Shown: piece after piece, positions 30,980 through 45,534 of the stretch
Layout: every line of letters begins with the position of its first letter
How positions within the stretch are numbered: the stretch's first letter is position 1
DNA from: the human T2T-CHM13v2.0 reference genome, Homo sapiens
DNA: 64,000 nucleotides
Reading direction: 5' to 3' (one strand)
Assembly (NCBI RefSeq): GCF_009914755.1
Contig: NC_060945.1
Notes under the pieces: model-generated
Told to the model about the DNA's origin: nothing
What the model saw: only the letters and a program-made list of their open reading frames with translations
Database searches by the model: none
Program-made: the position numbers and the translations under genes

Positions 30980-31582
30980 ATGTCCTTGATTGTCCTGTTG
31001 ATATCACATGAAACCTTCATACATGTGATTCATATCAGTTTCTATTTCTTCCTGTTCTACTCCACAATTTCCCATTTATCCACAGCCACTCTTCAACACA
31101 TCTGCACACCTCTTTCAGGGACAGGAAAATTTTATCTGCTTTCTGCCACCATTTGCAGGCTGGAAGTAAGTGTAGGTTGTGGCAGTTGGATGTAGGAGCA
31201 CCCTTATATGAGGACAGATTAATAAATATTTTCTTTTGGTAGTAATATTTTGTTTTATTGTCTCATGATTGAATCTACCATGCTGCCATGTTTACTTTGG
31301 TATGGCATGTTTTACCCTTGAGACATATATTCTCAGGAACTGGCTGTATCCACTGCTATATGCTGAAAGGATGGCACAAAATGTTTACTTGAACATCATA
31401 TTTCTCAAAGGGGATTAATTTAACTCTCTTACCCAAGAGTCTGCACACAAAGGAAAAGGGAGGGCCCAGGGCAACACACACTGTTCAGCCCTCTTCATTT
31501 TTACCAGTTTAAATAGCATCATTTAAATCTGGAGATGAGGTTAGGAGAAGATGAAAACAAGTACCTAAGCTGTAACTTCCTG

Positions 31583-31591
31583 CACACACAT

Positions 31592-31629
<38 letters not shown>
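31583..31629. repeat. (CA)n microsatellite
   Basis: Read directly from the sequence. Confidence 0.95.
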
Positions 31630-31631
<2 letters not shown>

Positions 31632-31810
31632 TATATGTATTTGAATTAGCTTTTAAATTCATTTTATATTTCAATGGATTTAAAAGCTAAGAACTTACCG
31701 TGTATTTTCCTCTCTTCTTTGGTGTCATTCTAACGCCTTCCCTGGGAGGTAGTTATCTGCCTTAATGATGGAATACAGGAAGATGGGGTAGAAACAATAT
31801 CAATAACACT

Positions 31811-31813
<3 letters not shown>

Positions 31814-31846
<33 letters not shown>

Positions 31847-31866
31847 CTCTCCTCTCTCTCTCTCTG

Positions 31867-31900
<34 letters not shown>
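31814..31900. repeat. Compound (CT)n(CA)n microsatellite
   Basis: Read directly from the sequence. Confidence 0.95.
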
Positions 31901-31903
<3 letters not shown>

Positions 31904-34900
31904 TCCATTCACACTTACTTTCATAAATATTTTAAGGTCAATCTTGTCTCTGGTCCTGGAATATGAGACAAACACTAAATTTTCCTTTAGTTGTGATTGA
32001 AATCTAAGTTTACAGTTACTTTTGAATAATTTGTTTATATTATTTACCCTGAAACTTAAGTTAGCTTTATATAAGATAAAGAAGTCTCCAGAAATACCAC
32101 CACTACATTTGGGCATTTATGCCTAGAACCAACTATGAAGCAAAATAATTTCTATGCTATCTGACTCACTCTGAGGTTTACGGAAATTTTTTCTTCTACT
32201 TATTTTTATCTATATTATCAACTCACACCTCAAATGATGTGAAGGCACCCTATTTGAGAATGAAATTTCTTGAAGACAATTTTCCCACAGGATATTTCAA
32301 CATGGAATCATCTGAGCAACTATATGAATATAACTATTACTTTGAGTGATGAAATGCCTGATAGGAGCAAAAAGTATCACAAAAATATAACCAGCAGAGA
32401 GAGAGAGAGAGGGAGAAAACAACCCTGTCAAACACAAACACAAACACACATCCAAACAGTAAATCCAGATTTTGTTGAATGTAATTGTGGCCTCAATTGA
32501 AGTTGAACTCAGAATCCCTCACAACCCGTGAAGACGGAAGGTTGCCTTTATGAAGTATTTGTAAATACTTGGTAAAGCTAAAATTCATGTGAGTATTTTC
32601 TCAAAAGATGGAATTTCATCTAATAGCTATATATTTTGGAAGACAAAAATACTAGTATCAGGATTGTCATTTTTATGTTGCCTTGTCATAAACCATAAGG
32701 GAAATTCTCTTGCTTACTAGTGATTAAAATAAAAGTCCTTTAAGACTGCAAATGTCTCTAGTAGAATACATCTGTACTTTGAGGAAAAAAGAAGTATATT
32801 TACATTGTACAATTTTTGTTTTTACAGTGGAAGTATATTCTTTTTCCAAAGCATGTTATTTCAAGCCTGGGACTGGAGAAAGTGTAACTAGATTAACTCT
32901 AACATTATTAGTTTTTATATTAAATTTTTAAAAATTAAACCTGTGTTTAATCCTTCTAACTTTATTTTTAATCAACCTATCCAAAAGATCTGGTTGAACA
33001 TATGTTATGATTTGCTCATTTTTGTTCTACAGTCTTTATTCCTTATAGTTCTTTCTGTAATTTCTAAAGTGAACCTCCTTTCCCACTGGTCTTGCTGTCG
33101 GAATCCAACATCATGATAATTACAGAATGAGTATTCAATGCATATTTATTGGTGACAAAATTCAATGAGATAACATTGCCACAATTTGTAGATAACTGTT
33201 TTCCTACCGCATTATTATGGTATTAATTTGGTAGATTTTACTGTGATTCTGACTTTAAATATAACTCAAATTAATAAATAACATTTTATTTCCACTATTA
33301 CTAGGCATTAACAATTTTTTACAGATTTTATTTACAACATCATCATTGCTCTGTTTATATTTTTTTTGAGGAAGAAGCTACATTTATAAGTGCTTTGCAG
33401 CTAAAAACTATTAGAATCTATAAAAATTACCACACCACAAGATTAGATTAGCTAGAAAGAGGCAATCTGGCACTGGAATGAGGCATAATCACATAACTAT
33501 ATTTCACAAAGAAGATGTCTGCTAGGGTGTTGCCTGGGGCTTCCTTAGCATTTTCTTTGATTCAAGAACAGCTTTTTTTTTCCCTCTAGAAAGCAAAAAC
33601 AGACATTTCATCATAGGGCTATGGGATATTGGTTGCAATTTCCCTTTCCTAGAATTTCATTGTTGATGTTTCCGTATTCACCCTTTCAGTCACATACATG
33701 TGGATTTGGATGTGTACAATATGAATACAATTACATTAAATTAAATACATAACACACACATACATGCATGCACACACACATCCACATATACACACACAGG
33801 GGCATATACCTTTATGTGAGATGCTTTCCAAAGACTAGCAGAACCTGTTTTTTTTTTTAATTATTCAGTCATGTTTCATTTTACTTTTCTGTCATGAAGA
33901 AATCTGATTAACCTTGACACTGACCCTTCACATAATGAAGTTCAAGTTTTTGAACTTCAACTATAAAAACATATTTTAAGAATGAATAGCAGTGCTGAGA
34001 CACTCATATCTTCCCAGTGGCTCTTCCTGGCTTTATTATGTGATAATTATCTGTTTCTTAGATAAACCTCACTTTCTTTAGACAGGCTAAAGGATCATTT
34101 TTATTCTCTACACTTTTCTATCATGGTAGGAATAGGCTGAATAAGTGAATAAATGAACTAATGAATAAAAAAATGTGCATTAAGATCTCTGGGTTCAGAA
34201 AATGAGTCAAGCTCAATTAGGACCAGCAAAAATGTTTTAGTTAATCAAAATAAAATTAGAGCAAAAAAGTATCCAATTCAGAGAGTTTTTTATGTGTTCT
34301 TTACATTTGTTTGCTTTTTTTTTTTTTTGCCTGCGTATATATGTGTTTGCTGTGTATATATGTGTTTGCTGTGTATATATATGTTTTGTGTGTTTTTAAT
34401 CATTGTAGAGCACACAGTGGTGGTATTCACTGACATGCGAGTCACAAGAAAGGTGAATAAAATGAATGATGAATATAATTAAGTTGTTATTCTAATGAAG
34501 AAACATCAACATTATTTATTTCAAAGTAAAATAAACACGTTTTTAAAGAGCATACACAAATACAATAATATTATTTTTGTATCAACAATTTGTTTTTCAA
34601 ACAGTGCATTTTTCCTGGTCATATCATAACTAATGTGGACCTAATCACAGACGTATTTGAGAAAGGGTAGAAATTAAAATAAGACAATTTCCAAAAAAAA
34701 AAAAACCAGTAAACCTCAATGATTCCTTTGTGTGTTTTCTTGTATCTGGTCCAATCAAATATCGTGTTGTTTTTCTGTTTTTCAGTCTGATTATACAGCT
34801 AACGCCCTGCCGGTAAATAAATAAATACAAGTACTCAGTATGCATATTTATGAGCAGATATCAAAAGTATTTGCATTTTGTTTTTATAAATCTGATTCAG

Positions 34901-36809
34901 AAAAATATAAATTGCTAAAATAAAAAGGGTCTAGATATAGCTCTTCATTTGAAAGAAAGTATTACAAGTTTTGTTTTATAGTATTTTTCTGTTTAAAAAA
35001 TATTATAAAAAATAAATTCCAAAAAAAACCATTATTTTATTTCATAAGAAAAGGGTAACTGCATCGTTTTTACTAATGTTCATAAATGAGATTTTAAAAC
35101 CAACAAATTATCCTTCATGTAAAATATTTTCATATAAATAAAAGCTTTTGTCATCAATGCTTTGCTCCACTGAAATGGATATTTTTATATTTCTGATTTA
35201 AATTGGAAGTAATTTAATTAAATATTGAAAAAATAAGAAAGACAAAGAAGGACAGAAAGAGACAGAGACCAGATAATCAGGAAACAGGGAGAAAGAAAGC
35301 CACATAGGTAATTAGAGATATTTCTGACTGGGCTTGCTTATCCAAATTACAAGAATGATTTCAGCAATGGAATTCGAAGTGTTGACTGACTCAACTTCAT
35401 AATTCATCTATTACTCTCCTAGAGGCCATTAGAATAGCAGTAAAATGACAAAGATATCTATGTGCTGATCAGTCTTCAAATACTGTAGTGCCTATGTTTT
35501 CTTACCTAGGAGCTTTGTGCAAGGTTGACAGTTACAGGCATTCTCTATGGCAACCATAGACTACCTCGGTATACTGAAGAGCTCTCAGATTCCATTTTTA
35601 TTTCCTTTCAGAATCTGTAGTAAACCTGTTAACTCTGAAGAAGAGTTTAAACAGAAAGTTAGGGCTCCAAGTAAACTAAATTAAAAAAAAAATTTAATCC
35701 TCAAAGATTTAAGAGATGTCTAGGAAGTTTCCAATTAAGCATGTTCCCAAATCGTGAAACCTCTGATGGACCTGTAACATTTCCAGGTGCATGATGCACC
35801 TATTATCATGCACGTATGATTTTTCTGTTGATTATTGATGGAAGATGTGGATGTGTCTCACGCATCCTGCTTCTTCTATATATGCAAAATACTGTGAATG
35901 TAGAATGGAGAAATTTATTCTGGAATTCAGTGTGGTCATTCCCACAGGTGACTTTACAGAAATAAAATCTACCCTGATTTTCTCAGCAATGATCAAGCCA
36001 AATTTGAGGCATATAAGCAGTCTTCAACATGAAACCTCCCTAAAACATCTTAATAAATGAAAATTCAGTATTTTAAGTGATTAGATGACAAACCATTTAT
36101 TCTTTCTGCAAGTTCTTTCCAGGGTGTGTATGTGTGAGGGAAAGGTAGGTCTCATTGGTATTTTCAGTTTAACAAATAGCAGTAATTATGCTGCCTACAA
36201 TTTTATTGAGAACAATGAAATGATTTTAATAGATGAACAAGCAAGAGATTTTAGAGAAAAGTGATCACTTTACACAGCGGATTTCCTTTAATCTTTCTAA
36301 CATATGAATTAGCTAGCATTTTAATCTACATTTTCGCATAATTTTATTTTCACATAAAAATGTAGATTGCTATTGACATTTTCACATAGCATTATGTTAA
36401 TTCATATGGAAATTGAAATCTGGGAGTTTTAACTTCTTTTTTCTGTTTTTCATTATATTTCAACATATTCAAAATTTTGGTTCATTGGTGCTTTGCCACT
36501 TTCATTAATAATTTCCTCTGGTACAAGAAAAAAAACTTAGTAGGTAAAGGTGAGATAAACAGCAATAAAAATACAGGTTAAGAATAATTAAGAGTTACCT
36601 AAGTTCATCTAGTAACTAAGTAGCTTGCCAGGTTTCTGAAACTAGACAAGCAGGCTTACATGCTAACACACATAAATTCTACATCATATTGTTGCTAGCA
36701 AAATAAAAACTGAGTAGACACAATTTTTATTTTATTTTAGGGTATATCTGCCATAATGCATATATTAAAATGTTATAGTTGATAGGTCAAAAATTGATCT
36801 ATTCATAAT

Positions 36810-36811
<2 letters not shown>

Positions 36812-36849
<38 letters not shown>
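36812..36849. repeat. (GT)n microsatellite
   Basis: Read directly. It abuts the inverted duplication. Confidence 0.95.
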
Positions 36850-36851
<2 letters not shown>

Positions 36852-36852
36852 C

Positions 36853-37112
36853 TCATAGGAAAACCGGTGAATGAAACTGTGGCTCTCAAAGTTACGGAGA
36901 GTGAGAATGTATAAGTCCCCCAAATCCCTTGCCTTTCTGGTAAAATAACTGAGGCATATTCTACACAGACTCTCAGTGGCGCCCAGAGGGATGAAGCCAC
37001 AGCTGCTCTCACGAGGACCCTGCTTATTACCACATCTCATATTTCATCCCTTCCCTCTGCTACTTCCCACTCTTCTACAAGTGCTTCCTGGGATCCCTTC
37101 CTGAGTAAGCTA
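36853..37112 (+). repeat. Inverted copy of 37647-37906 (LTR33-like sequence)
   Basis: 260-bp reverse-complement match with 16 mismatches by hand count and no indels. The ORF track shows the same MRCGNKQGPRESS peptide on opposite strands. Confidence 0.97.
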
Positions 37113-37589
37113 TATACATTTTATATATATATAAAAGGTATATGGGTATGTATATAAAATGAGTATTAAAATATATAGGGCTCCTCTTCAAGGCATTGAG
37201 AATCAAAGTAACATAAAACCTCATGTGATAAAAAAGACATTAAGCAATTAGATTTTTCCTTTAAGTCGTAAACTGTTCCTCTGTCAAAGGGAAAGTAGGA
37301 AACACTAACTTGCCCTAAAACTAACGGAGACTCTGAAACCTAATGTTATAGTCTCTTCTCTTTGCTGACTACACAAGATAGTCAGAAAAGAAGAAGCAGA
37401 AAATATTAAATCCATGTAGCTAAACATAATATGCTTGGGGGTGGAGGGCAGAGAAAGAGCAGGAGGAGGACTGGTTATAAAAATAAGTAATGCCAAAGTG
37501 TGATTTTGCTCCTCACTAAGTGTCAAGTATTCTAGGCTCTTTCCTGATATTTATTGTAAAAAAAATACTAAATGTAAATGTGTTGTTCA

Positions 37590-37937
37590 AGACCTGATTC
37601 CCATTAGGAAATGCAACACTCAAGCTACTTCATGATGATATGGAAGTAGCTTGCTCAGGAAGGGATCCCGGGAAGCACTGGTAGAAGAATGGGAAGTAGC
37701 AGAGGGAAGGGATGAAATATGAGATGTGGTAATAAGCAGGGTCCTCGTGAGAGCAGCTGTGGCTTCATCCTTCTGGACGTCACTGAGAGTCTGTGTAGAA
37801 TATGCCTCACTTATCTTACTAGAAAGGCAAGGGATTTGGGGGACTTATACATTCTCACTCTCCATAACTTTGAGAGCCACAATTTGATTCATCAATTTTC
37901 CTATGATCAACACAAGCAGGACCCCAACAGCATCTGC
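37590..37937 (-). mobile_element. LTR33-like ERVL LTR fragment
   Basis: gatcccgggaagcactggtag..gggaagt..agggaaggga, ctgagagtctgtgtagaatatgcctca, ends caacagcatctgccaca. Confidence 0.65.
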
Positions 37938-38087
37938 CACAGAGACTGTCACCTTTTCCCTCCCATCACCTGATTCTCCCACATCTACCTATCTCCAGCT
38001 GGGAATATACGTTGTGATGTAATGGAGAAGGATAATTTAATTGTAACAAACAAGGAAACTTTCTACAAAGAGCTTTTTCTTCTTTTA

Positions 38088-39722
<1,635 letters not shown>

Positions 39723-42700
39723 GGCCCAGTGGCATATTCAGTTGTTATACTGTAAGATTAGTCATTCAAACCCACTCACTTTTATGTATAAAAGTGGTTC
39801 TTAAATAAAGTTTCTACCCCATTATTCTATCTTATAAAAATATAATAATTGAAGTTTATTTTAAATGTGACTTAATCAATATTGTTGCACACATTATTAT
39901 TAAGGAGGATCAAGTACATTGCTATCTGATGAACAGCAAAAAGGAAAATGACTTTAAATATAGATAAGCAACAAACAACAAAGAATCTTAACTAAATAGC
40001 ACATAAAACCTCAACTATTATATGCACACAGGTACGTAAATACATATCAACGCCCAAACACTGTTGACTCATTTTAGAAATATAATCTCAACGTAACATA
40101 AAACCGAGTAAAAATAGATTAATATTATAGGAAGACTGAGCATCATAGACAAGAACTCAATCCTAGATTACTTGAAAAATGTAGTATTATAAAAACAGTT
40201 GTACGATTTACAGAATGGTAGTTTGCCAGTTGCTGTTGTCTCTTCCAGAAATATTTGTTCTGATGTATAGCAGCTTGTTTAAATCCAAGTATCCAGTGGT
40301 ACTCAATTAGTGACTTTCAAACTCCTTGTATATGATCCACTTTCACCAAAAATGGCCTATGTTTCCTACAGAAGATTATTCTCTAGTATTAGGTCCTCAG
40401 GTACTGGGTTTGCTTTATGAATACGGACCAAAAATATTACATATTATTCATGATAAATTGGTTTTGTTTGTTTGGAAAGTTAAACAGTCAGAGAAACAAA
40501 TGGCAGCATTCTTGCTTCCCAATCATTGTAGAATTTATCCAATAAGACAAGAGCATAGTGGCCTTGCCTGTAAACTTCAATTATCAGTACACCAACATTG
40601 GACCAACCCCCAGAGAGACCAAATATTTTACACTCTGACACGTACTCCTCTTCTGGCAATCAGTTTTGGCTGACATAATGAAATACAGTTAATCCATGAA
40701 CACATGGAACCACAGCAGTTACCTTGTTCAATCATGCCTGTAACAATTCAATTAGCAAATCCCCATGGACATTCTGTACCTCAGAAGAATTATCCAGGGA
40801 TATTTTTACTATGCCTGTTTTCTAATCACATTGGCAAATCTAACTGTTTGTACAAGAGAATATCACTGCCCTTGCCAAGAGGAAGGGTCAAATTTATTAA
40901 CAATCCCGTATGTCTACATTCATAAATTGTTATTTCACGTATGTGATAGTGATTATGGTTAAGCAAAGGCTTTAAATCTTTGCTAGAGAGTAATAGTCAA
41001 GATCGTGTTCTTTTTGTCTACTCATCCCAGAATGAATCTGGCAGAAATTGCAAACAATTACCAGGTCAGAAATAAGCCAGATTTATAAATTAAGAAATGA
41101 GAGTCCACAGAAAGGTTAATATGAACATAATTATTCACGAAAGTCTAAGGTAACAAGTCAGTAAGTCAATGACTCACTGTGGTCTAAGCACATGAAAACG
41201 GATACACAAAATGGAGGGTTACTTTAAAAACAATGCAGATCCCAATAATATAGTTCAACGCCTTCAAAACTATACAAGAAAAGGCAATTATCTGCAGCAT
41301 TTATTTTTCCTGTTGACTAAACCCTATTGCAGAAATTAAAATAGGTCTGTTTAATTTGTATTGGTGCTTTCAGAAAATAAATAACAATGTTAGAGACTAG
41401 TATTATTGGATATATATTGTTCATTAGCACAAGGAAGAATAGTTATTTCACACAAAATTTATCCATTTCACAAATTTTTCTTTTTAAATAGAAAGAGTAA
41501 CTTAAGTTGCTGTTATCAATTTAGTATCCCACAACATTTCTGACTTTTATAAACAATAAAATTATATGTGTTCTTGTCACCCATTTATTTATCTTTCCCA
41601 TATGTCGCAAAACATGTCTGGAGAGAAAGAAACAGCCACAATCAGAGTGGAGCTCGAAGAAAGTAGCAACTTTTCTTTTATTCTGGATACTGTTAAGTCC
41701 TTAATTTTTAATTTTACTACCTTTAAAAAGCAAACATTTTATCTGATAAATAGACTTCTAATAGACATAAAGAGCCAGATTTCTAACTATCCGGTATTTC
41801 AAAATTTACTTCAAACATGTTCCCCAAATTCTTCATTTAGAGAACAAACTCAAGCATCATTTATACCTGCATGTTAAGAGATGAAATTAGAAACAATGTG
41901 ACTCATATTACGTGACTAAATTATTTTGGAGTGGAAATTACTTTAAACTCTAATTTCTTCTAATCAAATAGTCCAGTGCTTTCGCAGAGCACTCCATGCC
42001 ATTTAATTTTCTTTCTTAGTGTTTTAAGATGCCATTGTTCTCTGACTTTCATTATCAAAGAAATGCCTACCTTTCCCAAACTCTTACAGAATGATAAGAA
42101 GATACTCCTCATTTTGAACATTTTCTCTTGAGTCACAGGCCCTGCTTGACATTCTTCAAGGGTCCGGTGAATCTCCTCTGTTTACATGTGTGTGTGCTGT
42201 GTGTACGGGGTTGGAGGTGGGTAAGATGAACAGAGAGAGTGGGAGAGAGAGAAATCTTCCCTAAGCATCTTTATCTGCAAATACTTATTCTTCTAAACCC
42301 TTTGTCACCTTCACTGCTTAGTAAGCTTCACAGTACATAAAATTTCAAGCTGGCTCTGTGTGTGTGTGTGTGTGTGAGTGTGTATGTGTGTGTATAATAA
42401 TTCACTTTCTACATATATTTTGTTATTACTACTAGATTCAACTTTTAACTTTTCTTACGTTCTTAGGTTGTTCAAACAGCAGTTAGCACAATGAGTTTTT
42501 TTTTTTATCCTAGGTGCTTGGTAAATATGACTCATTTGAGTAATTTTTAGGAATGGTAATTTTTCTATCTGACTGTCGCAACCCCCTACTCTCATTTTTT
42601 CCATTTATGAAAAGAGATATTTAAGTAAGTGTTTTGTCGATCCCACCACACTGGTAACAGAGGACCCCGTAACATCAGCTGCACCATTCAGCACACTCAG

Positions 42701-43069
42701 GCATTATTTTCAAATAGAATCATAAAATAGGCATTCATGCTCCAGATTGTCCAGATAAGTAGTGGGATTGGAGGCTTATATGGAAAACACAGTTTGAAGG
42801 ATTGGGACAAGTTCCCTGAGGAAGAATAAAGCTGAAAGTTATAGTTAATCAAAGATGAAAATGAAAATCCTTAGTGTTAACATTTCTAAAATCAAATCTT
42901 TGCATCACTGGTACTTTGGGTATGTGAGTTTTCACATAATTTTTGTTTACTAAGTGAATTGGAAATTAGGTTAGTTATTACTAACCTGATCATCAGTTAT
43001 TACTAACCTAACCATTATTACTACATAAAGTTTATGCACTAACTTAAGGACACATTGCTAGTACAGCTT

Positions 43070-43830
43070 TTTAAAAAATATTTTACCATTTTATTTTGAA
43101 AGGATTTTAGACTTATAGCAAAGTTATAGTAATTTTACAGAAAGTGCTTGAATGGCATTCATCCCTCTTCCTCTCATGTTAATATCACATGTAAGAATTG
43201 TAAACCTAAGAAATGAGCAATGGTAAAATACTATCCTCTAAACCACAAACTTATATTTGGATTCCATTACGATTTTCACTAATATGATTTTCTGACCCAG
43301 AATTTAATCCAGGATCACACAATACATTTAATGGTAATGTCTCTCATTTTCTTCAACTTGTGATAGTTTTTTTTTATTACTTTGACACATTTAAAAAATA
43401 CTGTTCAGGTAAGTTTGGAATATCTCTCATTTTTTATTTGTGTGATATTTTATTATCATTAGTTTGAGGTTATTCATTTTTGGCAAATAATGTTTATTCT
43501 TCTCCTCTTAGCGTATCATATCAGATGGTACCTGATTTCGATATGCCTTATCTGTGGTAACCCATATTGCTTGGTTGATAGTGACTGCTAGATTTCTTCA
43601 TCCTAAATATATTATTCTGGCTTTTGTACTTTGAAAGAATGCAATATTCTATTCCTTCTTAAAGTTTTACCCACTGATTTTAGATCTATTGCTACATTTT
43701 GCCTTATAACTATTACTACTATTGATGTTCACCTAGTGGTGATTCTATTTTTCCCTCATCTCTTCTACATTGATTAGCTGAAATTATTCTGTAAAACAAA
43801 CAAACAAAGACAAAAAAACCTTCTTTATAC
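43070..43830 (-). mobile_element. L1MC-like 3' end
   Basis: ttttattttgaaaggattttagacttatagcaaagtt, aatccaggatcacac, ttattcatttttggcaa. Confidence 0.7.
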
Positions 43831-43831
43831 C

Positions 43832-44176
43832 TATATTTTTTCTATTCTCATGCTGCTAATAAAGACATACCCGAGACTGGGTGATTTATAAAGAAAAGAG
43901 GCTTCATTGACTCACAGTTCCACATGGCTTGGGAGGCCTCACAATCATGGAAAAGCAAGAAATGCCTTACATGGTGGCAGGCAAGAGAGAGCTTGTGTAT
44001 GGGAGCTCCCATTTATAAAACCATCAGATCTTGTGAGAGTTATTTACTGCTACAAGAACAATATGGGGGAAACTGGCCCCATGATTCAATTATCTCCACC
44101 TGGCCCCACCCTTGACACTTGGAGATTATTACAATTTAAGGTGAGATTTGGGTGGGGACACTGCCAAACCATATCA
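43832..44176 (-). mobile_element. THE1 solo LTR
   Basis: ctcatgctgctaataaagacatacccgagactggg...ttgggtggggacac..ccaaaccatatca. TSD atacc. Confidence 0.92.
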
Positions 44177-44544
44177 ATACCCATTTAGTTATTTATGCCA
44201 GAAAATAAAGTCTGACCTCTATTTTGATGTATATCACTGACTTCTTTTTGGGCCTCACCTCTGTTCTCCTGTGGCTCCACATATAGACAGGCAGATAAGA
44301 AGGCACATGAGCTTGCACTTCCTGGAAATTCAAATCTTCTCTGTGGGAACTTTTTCTCAGTCTCACACCTTAGTATCATAATGACATAAGAGAGGCTAAC
44401 TTTAATACCCATAGAATCTTAACACACATATTATAAAGCTGAAAACATGTTAGAGAAACACCACATTGTAGTAGCCTGTCCAGTTTTCTTGAATCAATTA
44501 TTTATACATTTATTTCATAAAATATAACGTATTTATTTATTTTC

Positions 44545-44625
44545 TTTTTAAACAGTTTTTATTTTTAATTATTATGGATACATAATGGTTGTACATATTT
44601 ATGGGGCACACGAAATATTTTGATT
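44545..44625 (-). mobile_element. Short L1MA 3'-terminal fragment
   Basis: atggatacataatggttgtacatatttatggggcacacgaaatattttgat. Confidence 0.6.
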
Positions 44626-45079
44626 AGATACCCACTGAGAATTTTATTTGAATTTTTAACCCCATTACTTACATATATAAGATCTTCCAATAATGTGGTT
44701 TCATTCAACATTGTTTAATTATAACATTGATAAGAAACAACTTGATTCCTGATGGCTAAGGTTACTATCTGTGTGGAGTTTGCATGTTTTCTTTATGTCT
44801 GTGTAAGTTTTCTCTGGATTTTCCAGTTTCCTCATACATCAAAAAGATGTGCTTTTTAGGCAAATTAATTTGTTTAAATTTTCCCCCTCTGAGTGTGTGA
44901 GTGGGTGTGTGAGTGTGCCCGGAAATGGAATGGCCAGCGTTGGTTCCTGCCTTTTTCCCAGAGCAGTCATGATAGGCTCCAGCAATTTGCCACCCTAAAC
45001 TGGAATAATCATATGAAAAAAAGAATAGAATGGACGAATACAATTTATTTCCAAATAAGTATTTTTAAGGCATACAATA

Positions 45080-45534
45080 TGTGATGGTTAATATGAGTGT
45101 CAACTTGATTGGATTGAAGGATGCAAAGTATTGATCCTGGGTGTATCTTCAGGGTGTTGCCAAAGGAGATTAACATTTGAGTCCGCAGGCTGGGGAAGGC
45201 AGATCCACCCTTAATCTGGGTGGGCAAAATCTAATCAGCTGCCCATGCAGGCAGAATAAAAAGAAGAATAAAACGAAGAATGTGAAAAGACTAGACTGGC
45301 TTAGCTTCCCAACCTACATCTTTCTCCTGTGCTGGATGTTTCCTGCCTTCAAACATCAGACTCCAAGTTCTTCAGCTTTGGGACTTGGACTGGCTTCTTG
45401 CAGTTGGCCCATTATGGGACTTTGTGATCGTGTGAGTTAATACTCCTTAATAAACACTTAATAAACCCATATATATATATATATATATGTATATCCTATT
45501 AGTTCTGTTCTTCTAGAGAACCCTGACTAATACA
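45080..45534 (+). mobile_element. MLT2A (HERV-L) solo LTR
   Basis: tgtgatggttaata..gtgtcaacttgattggattgaaggatgcaaagtattg...ctagagaaccctgactaataca. TSD caata. Confidence 0.92.

Noticed and set aside
33936-33959. 10-bp-arm hairpin tgaagttcaa/ttgaacttca
   Set aside because: Too short to distinguish confidently from chance in AT-rich DNA.
34331-34390. 19-bp tandem repeat, about three copies
   Set aside because: Ordinary slippage within TA/TG-rich sequence.
36765-37973. Paired MRCGNKQGPRESS ORFs as a duplicated small gene
   Set aside because: They are a by-product of the inverted duplication of LTR sequence, with no promoter, splice or homology support.
40326-40673. 115-aa plus-strand ORF
   Set aside because: No recognisable homology or exon signals.
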